From IMG/VR virus record IMGVR_UViG_3300030419_003532, positions 588 through 64,587 of that record: 64,000 nt of DNA; one strand, given 5' to 3'. The position numbers and the translations under genes are program-made. Below, in pieces: positions 1 to 6,779 of the stretch (positions are counted from its first letter, which is position 1; every line of letters starts with the position of its first letter). Below the pieces are notes generated by a model, which saw only the letters and a list, made by a program, of their open reading frames with translations, did not search any database and was not told the DNA's origin. The stretch is from a virus (taxonomy: Duplodnaviria; Caudoviricetes).

Positions 1-65
1 TATTACTATTGATTTTGTACTAAAAGCAAAGAAATTATAATAAATTTATAAGACAATTTGACAGG

Positions 66-90
66 TTATTAACATTATTTGTGTGGATAA
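66..90. promoter_or_regulatory. Pair of DnaA-box-like sites (TTATTAACA 66-74; perfect TGTGGATAA 82-90)
   Basis: 82-90 is the exact reverse complement of TTATCCACA; a similar pair occurs at 313-330 (TTATGAACA, TGTGGGTAA). Confidence 0.55.
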
Positions 91-92
91 CT

Positions 93-156
93 TAACTGCT
101 TGATAATCAGCACTATAAGTAGTGAATGAGCTAAGTGTTTGATAATCAATGAGTTA
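93..156. promoter_or_regulatory. Three IHF-consensus sites
   Basis: WATCAANNNNTTR matches at 93-105 (-), 132-144 (-) and 144-156 (+). Confidence 0.5.
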
Positions 157-743
157 CAGGCTTATTGTAATGCGTTCTAATGCAATATCTGTAATTCTTA
201 ATGGTAATATACTAGAGGAAGGGTTAAGTCCTTTATATGCGTTCTATTGGCTTCGTATGAGTTTTCATTATATAACAAATTAAATGAGATGTGCAAATGA
301 TTTGGGTAAAAGTTATGAACATGTGGGTAATTTAGATTAGTTCTAATTAAGAGGGGGATAAATTCCCTGCTCTGATTAGCTCAATCGTATTGACTAAACA
401 AATATAAATCCGTGACGTGTGAGCTGTTAATGTTTGGATAAAATACATAGAGATAATTAAGGGGCTTTATATTATATATATTGTATATAAATGGATGATA
501 TATGCAGTAGATTATTCCGTTTCGTTTTCCCCTTTTGTATTTTAGTTTGAAGTATTACGGAATTGGGAGAATTAGGGTACCCCCTAAATTGATTTCGTTT
601 TAGTAATCGTAACTAATATTGGGATATTGTATATTACCCCAAACCTACGTACATCTCACATCATTTTCATACCCACCCGTTGTATATATATTTATATATT
701 TATTTATTTATTTATGGGATTCCCGTGGGATATGCTGTGGTAT

Positions 744-766
744 AAAAAAAGCCCCATATAGGGGCC
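744..766 (-). terminator. Intrinsic terminator closing the leftward small-gene operon
   Basis: GCCCC-ATATA-GGGGC stem with a 7-nt A tract on its left (U tract on the minus strand). Confidence 0.7.
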
Positions 767-782
767 TAAAAGAGCGTAAATA

Positions 783-905
783 CTAATCTTTGTATAGTGC
801 GTATATTTTTGCTCCTTTAACTTCTCTGATGAGAACTTTTCTTACGTTTTCATCATTAGTTTTAGTTCGTGCTTTTTTAGCTCTTATGCGTGAATTTCTA
901 CTCAT
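783..905 (-). CDS. Small basic protein, 40 aa (MSRNSRIRAKKARTK...)
   Basis: Translated by hand; ATG 1 nt after the stop of ORF 907-1116; ends just before the terminator. Confidence 0.6.
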   Translation of the reverse strand: MSRNSRIRAKKARTKTNDENVRKVLIREVKGAKIYALYKD

Positions 906-906
906 T

Positions 907-1116
907 TTATTTTCCGCAGCCGCAGCCAGCTTGTTTTGCTCTCTTAATAGAATCTCTTCTCAAGTCGCTATCAGGCATATTAGCTATCTCTGCACATAAA
1001 TTTTTACACTTCTCTGCTTGAGTTGTTCCTGAATAACCTTCTCCTAGTTTAGTTCTAAAAGATGTTGTATCTGATGGGGCTACTGGCACCCCTTTTCCTG
1101 GTTCGTTAATTGCCAT
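907..1116 (-). CDS. Hypothetical protein with C-terminal GCGCGK
   Basis: ORF track; tightly packed operon. Confidence 0.65.
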   Translation of the reverse strand: MAINEPGKGVPVAPSDTTSFRTKLGEGYSGTTQAEKCKNLCAEIANMPDSDLRRDSIKRAKQAGCGCGK

Positions 1117-1118
1117 AA

Positions 1119-1328
1119 TTATTTAATATTAGATTTTAAGTAGTCTGCTATTTCTACATTTATTTTACCAGATTCTACTTGTTGATTAATTTGTTTTATT
1201 CTAGACTCTACATATTCTCCATGTACTTTATCTATATGATTTTGTATATCATTTAATCTTTGTTCAGTACCTGCTGTGCGACCTATATTTGAGTCTACGT
1301 TTCTTAATTTACCTTTTATATGTCCCAT
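1119..1328 (-). CDS. Hypothetical protein
   Basis: ORF track; operon packing. Confidence 0.65.
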   Translation of the reverse strand: MGHIKGKLRNVDSNIGRTAGTEQRLNDIQNHIDKVHGEYVESRIKQINQQVESGKINVEIADYLKSNIK

Positions 1329-1402
1329 TATTTTTTGCTTTTTTTATATAAATTAGTGTTAGAAGACATTTTTTTTGGTTTTCTTTTTTTTCTTTTAGAC
1401 AT
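1328..1402 (-). CDS. Lys/Arg-rich micropeptide, 24 aa (MSKRKKRKPKKMSSNTNLYKKSKK)
   Basis: Hand translation; TAATG stop/start overlap with the next gene. Confidence 0.55.
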   Translation of the reverse strand: MSKRKKRKPKKMSSNTNLYKKSKK

Positions 1403-1417
1403 AGTTACTTTTTTTAT

Positions 1418-1672
1418 TTATGATTCAGTTGATTTTTTCTTTAAATAATCTTGTGCGGTTGCAAAATTTTCAAGAGGATTAACATAAGTGTACTCTTTTT
1501 TGCTATCCTTACCTATATTTAATTTCATTGCTGATACTCTATTAGATAAAGCCGTAGCTTCTTCTATAGCTAATTTTGTTCCACGAACATATTCATTATA
1601 TTCGGCCATACTTCCGTTTGGATTAACTTGTTGCCATTGCTCCCATGTTATTAAACCGCTTCCAGTACTCAT
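1418..1672 (-). CDS. Hypothetical protein, paralog of 1669-1953 N-terminus
   Basis: Shared motif W..VNP.GSMA.YNEYVR. Confidence 0.7.
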   Translation of the reverse strand: MSTGSGLITWEQWQQVNPNGSMAEYNEYVRGTKLAIEEATALSNRVSAMKLNIGKDSKKEYTYVNPLENFATAQDYLKKKSTES

Positions 1673-1953
1673 AATTCAGGGAAATTTAATGTTTTTTTAC
1701 TAAATTTTTTACTTGCTATTGTTATAACGCCTCCCTCTGGAGGTAACCCATATTTAGAATGAGAAAGGGGTTTGGTTCTGGGGTCATCAGTACTTGTACC
1801 TTCTATTATCATTTTATTTACAATATTCCCAGTTGTAGGGAAATTTACAGCTTTTACATTTTTAATTTTTAACTTATGTCTACGAACATATTCGTTATAT
1901 GCTGCCATGCTCCCTCCAGGGTTTACTTTTGACCATTCTTCATAATTTAACAT
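1669..1953 (-). CDS. Hypothetical protein, paralog of 1418-1672 N-terminus
   Basis: Shared motif; ATGA overlap. Confidence 0.7.
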   Translation of the reverse strand: MLNYEEWSKVNPGGSMAAYNEYVRRHKLKIKNVKAVNFPTTGNIVNKMIIEGTSTDDPRTKPLSHSKYGLPPEGGVITIASKKFSKKTLNFPEL

Positions 1954-1955
1954 AT

Positions 1956-2249
1956 CTATACTTTTCTTTTACCTGTTGAACGTGTTTTTCTATTAGATGG
2001 ATAATTATGTGCTACACCTTTACGTCTACCACCTTCTCCTTTACCACCTCTATTTTTACTCTTCTTTCTACATGTCAAGTTAGATGCAGTGTTGTTCCTA
2101 GGATTACCATCTTTATGGTGAACTTCATATCCAGGAGGACATTTCTTTTTCCTATTTGCTGCATTTCTTGCTGCTCTATCTTTCTTAGCTTTAGCAGAAG
2201 ACTGGAATTTTTTATATTCCGCTTTATAATCTCTTTTAGCGTGTGGCAT
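1956..2249 (-). CDS. HNH endonuclease-like protein
   Basis: EVHHKDGNPRNN..SNL...SKNR HNH motif; basic tail. Confidence 0.75.
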   Translation of the reverse strand: MPHAKRDYKAEYKKFQSSAKAKKDRAARNAANRKKKCPPGYEVHHKDGNPRNNTASNLTCRKKSKNRGGKGEGGRRKGVAHNYPSNRKTRSTGKRKV

Positions 2250-2314
2250 TATCTTTTACATTTACAAGGTTTCCTCTTACATGTAGTACATACTTTATTG
2301 CATCCGCACCCCAT
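2249..2314 (-). CDS. Cys-rich micropeptide, 21 aa (MGCGCNKVCTTCKRKPCKCKR)
   Basis: Hand translation; TAATG overlaps at both ends. Confidence 0.6.
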   Translation of the reverse strand: MGCGCNKVCTTCKRKPCKCKR

Positions 2315-2373
2315 TATCTTCTACCTTTACTTTTAACTTTCCCACCTTTTCTTTGATATTTTCTTTTTGGCAT
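2314..2373 (-). CDS. Basic micropeptide, 19 aa (MPKRKYQRKGGKVKSKGRR)
   Basis: First ATG downstream of the minus-strand promoter at 2403-2410; TAATG overlap with the next ORF. Confidence 0.6.
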   Translation of the reverse strand: MPKRKYQRKGGKVKSKGRR

Positions 2374-2402
2374 AATTATATATTTTAATAATTAGTAATA
2401 CG

Positions 2403-2462
2403 CAAATATAATGATTTTTTTATTAACATCATAGTTTTATATTGTTTTTATTACTATATTTG
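2403..2462. promoter_or_regulatory. Divergent Bacteroidota sigmaA-type promoters
   Basis: TATATTTG on minus (2403-2410) and plus (2455-2462) strands = TAnnTTTG -7 consensus. Confidence 0.75.
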
Positions 2463-2482
2463 TTCCAATTAAAGTTAATAAT

Positions 2483-2722
2483 ATGGCAGAAAATAAGAAA
2501 TTAAACCTAGCAGAAAAAGGATGGAGTCTTACAAAATCCTTAATGAGATACGCAATGCAAGGATTCCCCAATGTATCAGAAAAAGTGTACGAAGACAGAA
2601 TGATGATTTGCAATAGTTGTGAGTTATTGAATAAAGAAAAAGGTGCATGTATGGCATGTGGCTGTGCGGTAGAATATAAGGGGAGAATGGAAACAGAAAG
2701 CTGCCCAAAAAAGAAATGGTAA
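2483..2722 (+). CDS. Small Cys-rich protein (DUF6171-like)
   Basis: R...CxxC...CxxCGC...CP..KW pattern. Confidence 0.6.
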   Translation: MAENKKLNLAEKGWSLTKSLMRYAMQGFPNVSEKVYEDRMMICNSCELLNKEKGACMACGCAVEYKGRMETESCPKKKW

Positions 2723-2991
2723 TGGAAATATCACAAGGATTAATTAGAAAAGTAATAGTAACAGCTGGAGATAGAGATATAACTTATGTTAAAGGACAAA
2801 CAATTGCTAATGGAGCAATTAAAATTGTAGATATAAATTTTGATACTGCATATGCAGAACACTTTGGAGAGGGTAGATATAATATCTACGTCATACCTAA
2901 TAAAGAAAACTACGTTAGATTATGGAAATCTATTCCCTCTACTAAGTGTGTTCCAGAATATGACTTATCGTTAGAACCTCAATTAAAATGA
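2716..2991 (+). CDS. Hypothetical protein preceding the GroES-like gene
   Basis: ORF track; IRKV...YVKGQ...LWK pattern; overlaps both neighbours. Confidence 0.65.
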   Translation: MVMEISQGLIRKVIVTAGDRDITYVKGQTIANGAIKIVDINFDTAYAEHFGEGRYNIYVIPNKENYVRLWKSIPSTKCVPEYDLSLEPQLK

Positions 2992-3560
2992 AAATAACAC
3001 CTATAGGAGATTTCGTTTATGTAGAGCTAGAAAGGGAAGAAGAGAATGTTGTTAAACTTCCTAATGGTAAAGAGTTGTGGCTAGATACTAGTTATGATAG
3101 ATATGTTAATGCTAGACAATACGGTATAGTTAAAATGACATCTATAAATATAAATAAAAGAGTAAAAGATAATTTAACTCTAAAAGAAGGAGATAAGGTT
3201 TATTTCCATCATCATGTAATAGATGAAAGGATGGCTAGTGAATTTGGAGGAGAGAATATATATAAAGTTCATTATGACCAGATATATTGTTATGTTAGAG
3301 ATAATAAAATAACAATGACTCAAGACTATGTATTTGTAGAGCCAATTAAGTCAGAAGATAAAATAAAAAACCTATATGTTCAATCTAAAGAATCAACTAA
3401 AAGAGGGAAGGTTGCTTATGTAAATAAATTTTCTAAAGATGAAGGGTTTGGTATAGGAGATGAAATAATGTTTCTAAAGAATGCTAACTATGATATGATT
3501 ATTGAAGGAGAAAGATTGTTTAGAATGAAAAATAATGAGATAATATGCAAGATAGCGTAG
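2988..3560 (+). CDS. GroES/Cpn10-like co-chaperonin with two tandem GroES-like units
   Basis: ITPIGDFVYVE...G.V...LKEGDKVYF and a second unit DYVFVEP...RGKV...IGDEIMF...IEGERLFRMKNNEI. Confidence 0.65.
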   Translation: MKITPIGDFVYVELEREEENVVKLPNGKELWLDTSYDRYVNARQYGIVKMTSININKRVKDNLTLKEGDKVYFHHHVIDERMASEFGGENIYKVHYDQIYCYVRDNKITMTQDYVFVEPIKSEDKIKNLYVQSKESTKRGKVAYVNKFSKDEGFGIGDEIMFLKNANYDMIIEGERLFRMKNNEIICKIA

Positions 3561-3856
3561 AAAAAAGTGAAGTTCAAACATATGTAGAAGATACTCTTCA
3601 AGAGTTATTGAGTGCTGCAAAAGATGGTATTGCTACATTAATAGCGGATGTTCGTAGACCTATAGCAGATGATGTAGCAGACGAAAGACGCAAATCTGCA
3701 TTAGAGTCTAAAAAGAAAGCCTTTATGGATGCTCAAGAAATGTTAGCAGCATTAGTATCTTTAGAAGGTAAGATAAGGGGACAGGAAGTTGATGAAGAGG
3801 TAAATGAAAATAATTTTAAAGGAGGTTTCTCCGAAAAATACGCAAGAAAAAAATGA
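3545..3856 (+). CDS. Helical protein, possible terminase small subunit
   Basis: Helical 103 aa ending GGFSEKYARKK; function inferred only. Confidence 0.35.
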   Translation: MQDSVEKSEVQTYVEDTLQELLSAAKDGIATLIADVRRPIADDVADERRKSALESKKKAFMDAQEMLAALVSLEGKIRGQEVDEEVNENNFKGGFSEKYARKK

Positions 3857-4125
3857 TTCCAGAAATAGAAGAAATGTATGAAGAAAGTAAAATAGTTTAT
3901 AATTCCATGTATTGGTCTTATATGTTGCTTACAAAGAAAATAACCTTTGATGAGTTAATAGAAAGAGATGAAGAGTTTGGACTTATATATAACCCAGATG
4001 AATTAACTGAATTAACACCTGAGGTTAAAATTGATTTAATTAATGTTCTTATAGAGTATTTTGTTGAGGAGGAAGAATATGAAAAGTGCCAAGAATTGGT
4101 AAACGCTAAAAAGTTATATAAATAA
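3853..4125 (+). CDS. Acidic protein with UVR-like C-terminal motif
   Basis: YFVEEEEYEKCQEL resembles the UVR helix-hairpin. Confidence 0.5.
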   Translation: MIPEIEEMYEESKIVYNSMYWSYMLLTKKITFDELIERDEEFGLIYNPDELTELTPEVKIDLINVLIEYFVEEEEYEKCQELVNAKKLYK

Positions 4126-4150
4126 AAAAAGGGGCTTACGCCCCTTTATT
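4124..4150. terminator. Bidirectional intrinsic terminator
   Basis: AAAGGGGC-TTAC-GCCCCTTT between convergent genes. Confidence 0.8.
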
Positions 4151-4166
4151 TTATATAAATGTTATA

Positions 4167-4391
4167 TTATTTCTTTTCTAACATACCATATAAGATAACA
4201 AGTGCAATTAATCCTACAACACCACTACCTCCAAGCATATTAATAATTTGCATTACATTGTCAATAACTGACATTCCCATTACTGGGCTGCCAAATAAAA
4301 TTTCTGCCATTACCCCAAAAGACAAAAGTCCCATAAGCAATGATGTCATTTTTTTAAAAAATCCGTTTACCATGTTAAATATATTTTCCAT
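4167..4391 (-). CDS. Small integral membrane protein (2 TM)
   Basis: Two hydrophobic Gly/Met-rich segments. Confidence 0.7.
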   Translation of the reverse strand: MENIFNMVNGFFKKMTSLLMGLLSFGVMAEILFGSPVMGMSVIDNVMQIINMLGGSGVVGLIALVILYGMLEKK

Positions 4392-4415
4392 TTTTTTTAT
4401 GTTTTAAGTTAATAA

Positions 4416-4829
4416 TTAGAATCGGTAAGATAATCCGATATTAAATTTTCCTTCTCTTTCTCCGTTTTCATCTTCTTTTAATCCCATACTGTAGTTAGGT
4501 TCTATATTTAAACCTTTCCATACAGACATAGAATAACCTACACCAATAGTTAGATTATCCATCATCTCTTCTGTTGGTGCTTGTCCAGAGATATACATTT
4601 TATCATTCATAAGGTATCTACCAAATAAATCATAATCTTCTCCGTTTTTTACAAAACCAAGTACCATCTTATCGTTCATCTGATAACCGATACCCATGTT
4701 GTCTGTAAAGTTACTCATCTCCCAACTAGCAGTATCTGCAGGTTGACTTACAGTAGTGACTACCATAAATTGTGCAGAGGCCAGTAAAGTTGAGCAAGCC
4801 GTAATAATTGTTAAAATTGTTTTCTTCAT
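4416..4829 (-). CDS. Small outer-membrane beta-barrel protein
   Basis: Sec signal peptide (MKKTILT...ASA/QF), amphipathic strands, C-terminal FNIGLSYRF BAM-type motif. Confidence 0.7.
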   Translation of the reverse strand: MKKTILTIITACSTLLASAQFMVVTTVSQPADTASWEMSNFTDNMGIGYQMNDKMVLGFVKNGEDYDLFGRYLMNDKMYISGQAPTEEMMDNLTIGVGYSMSVWKGLNIEPNYSMGLKEDENGEREGKFNIGLSYRF

Positions 4830-4921
4830 TTTTGTAATGTTTAATGTTAATAAATAGAAGAGCTACCCTTAAAGTTAATTAAAGATAGCTCTTGTTGATT
4901 GTTGTTTAATAATTTGTTCTA

Positions 4922-5287
4922 TTATGATACTGACCAATACCCGTATTCAACTACACATGCCCCTCCATAAGCCTCAGCTGTTACAGCCTGACTACTATAT
5001 AAAGGAAGCCAAGTAAATTCTCCTACTCTTAGCTTTAATTTTGCGTCTCCTCCAAGTTTTACTTGAAGAAAATCTGTTGTATTAGCTCCAGAAACTACTT
5101 TTATATATACATATGAAAAAGCAGAGTTGCTAGGAATTAATGCTTGTGCTGACCCTGTAGCTATTGATGTTCTTGCTGAATTAACAGAAGGTTTAGTTAC
5201 TGTTAAAGAATCAGTTACAGTGATACTTAAAGCATCAGAAGTTGAATCTGCATTAGTTATTATTAATGTTGGTTTTAATGTTGCCAT
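4922..5287 (-). CDS. Beta-rich protein, probable virion component; paralog of 5311-5673
   Basis: Shared MATLKPTL start, Y.YIK, GEF, VEYG.W end. Confidence 0.6.
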   Translation of the reverse strand: MATLKPTLIITNADSTSDALSITVTDSLTVTKPSVNSARTSIATGSAQALIPSNSAFSYVYIKVVSGANTTDFLQVKLGGDAKLKLRVGEFTWLPLYSSQAVTAEAYGGACVVEYGYWSVS

Positions 5288-5310
5288 GTCTATTCTGTTT
5301 TTTTAATTAG

Positions 5311-5673
5311 TTATAATACGTGCCAAAATCCGTACTCAACTTCTGTTGTTGCACTAAGAGCAATAACTTCTACTCCAGTACTTGCTTTACAAGGGAAGAA
5401 CATAAATTCTCCTCCATCTAATTCTGAAAATACAGAGTCATCTACCATTCTTACGTTTATTGCATTAGATGCATCCATATTTTTAATGTATATATAACAT
5501 CTTACAGCTACAGAGTTTGATATTAATTCAGTTGCAGCTCCTGTAGTTACATCTACTCTAGCCATACTGATATTAGGCTCTCCAGTAGTTAATGTATCTG
5601 TTAACGTAACACTTAAATCGTCAGAAGTAGCATCAGAACTTGTTAATGTTAATGTTGGTTTTAACGTTGCCAT
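5311..5673 (-). CDS. Beta-rich protein, probable virion component; paralog of 4922-5287
   Basis: Same shared motifs as 4922-5287. Confidence 0.6.
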   Translation of the reverse strand: MATLKPTLTLTSSDATSDDLSVTLTDTLTTGEPNISMARVDVTTGAATELISNSVAVRCYIYIKNMDASNAINVRMVDDSVFSELDGGEFMFFPCKASTGVEVIALSATTEVEYGFWHVL

Positions 5674-5697
5674 TTTTTCTAATTTTTTAAGTTAATA

Positions 5698-6687
5698 TTA
5701 TTCTACTATATTTGTTGCGTCTGTTGAACCTACCACATTAGAAAGGGTATCGTTTATCACTAAAGTGTCCCAGCTGTTTTTACCCATTCCTTTTATTTTT
5801 AAATAAGTTTTAGACCCAGACTCGTAAGCACTTGCTACACAAGTAAGTCTTACTATTCCAGAAGATGATACGTCTGGAAAACTAACAGTTCTACCGTTTA
5901 CCGTTAAACTTTCAAAATTCTCAGGCCCTCCCAATGCACCAATGTGATTTATAAATTTAGCAAGAGTTCCTCCAGAATTTAAAGAAGTCTCTAACTCTAA
6001 TACATCAACAAAAGGAGAATCTAAACCAGCCATGTTTGTGTTAGAAGCATCGTAAAAAGTTTTCCAGTCATCACTTCCGCCATCATATGATAACATAACT
6101 CTGTGAGTATTTATTACCATGTTGTTATCAGTTCCAGAATAAGCTACTCCATTTTTTTCATTGCAGTCTACAATTAATAGGTTTTGAGATAATGCTTGAA
6201 CTGTATCTCCTGCATGATTTTGTCTGATAAGACCTCTATTTACGATAATATCAACAGGTCTTCCATTGTTAGTTGTATCAGCGTAAATAATTTGTCCTTC
6301 AATTTTAAAAACATTTGGTGTGTCAGAAGTACCGTCAGCAGCAATATTCTGAACGCTTCCACCCAAAGTATCTGAAACAGTAATAGTATCAGCTGTTGGA
6401 ACAGTTTTAACGAAATATACTCTGTTAGCAAGAACGTTTGTAGCCTCACATTCTGCATCAAAATATATAGCATCGTTCACTTGTAGTCCATGTCCAGTAA
6501 TAGTAATAGTGTCACCAGAATCTGTTTGAGCAGAAACCGCTTTTCCTAAATTAGTTTCTGTGTCAAAAGCATAGATGATTTTGTTTACATCTATACCCAT
6601 AGTGTTGTACCCAGTAGTTCCGTCACCAGCATCGCTGAAATCTTCGTGACCGTACTTTTTTACAGGCACCGAAATAAAATTTGCCAT
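5698..6687 (-). CDS. Probable virion structural protein with FCCH-like beta domain
   Basis: TITITGHGLQVNDAI...YFVK...TITVS motif typical of phage structural inserts. Confidence 0.5.
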   Translation of the reverse strand: MANFISVPVKKYGHEDFSDAGDGTTGYNTMGIDVNKIIYAFDTETNLGKAVSAQTDSGDTITITGHGLQVNDAIYFDAECEATNVLANRVYFVKTVPTADTITVSDTLGGSVQNIAADGTSDTPNVFKIEGQIIYADTTNNGRPVDIIVNRGLIRQNHAGDTVQALSQNLLIVDCNEKNGVAYSGTDNNMVINTHRVMLSYDGGSDDWKTFYDASNTNMAGLDSPFVDVLELETSLNSGGTLAKFINHIGALGGPENFESLTVNGRTVSFPDVSSSGIVRLTCVASAYESGSKTYLKIKGMGKNSWDTLVINDTLSNVVGSTDATNIVE

Positions 6688-6727
6688 TTTTTTATTTTTT
6701 TAATTATTAATAGATTGATTATACTTG

Positions 6728-6775
6728 CAAATATACTAAAATCATTTGATATATAAAAATTTATTTGTATATTTG
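6728..6775. promoter_or_regulatory. Divergent sigmaA-type promoters
   Basis: TATATTTG minus 6728-6735; plus strand TTTG 6745-6748 + 19 nt + TATATTTG 6768-6775. Confidence 0.8.
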
Positions 6776-6779
6776 TATC

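Larger units (their letters stand above)
1..740. other. Long non-coding region; candidate replication origin / genome terminus or packaging region
   Basis: No ORF >=60 aa in the track; DnaA-box and IHF-like motifs, a GGGTACCCCC palindromic core near 575-584, AT-rich (TATT)n tract at ~683-715. Confidence 0.55.
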
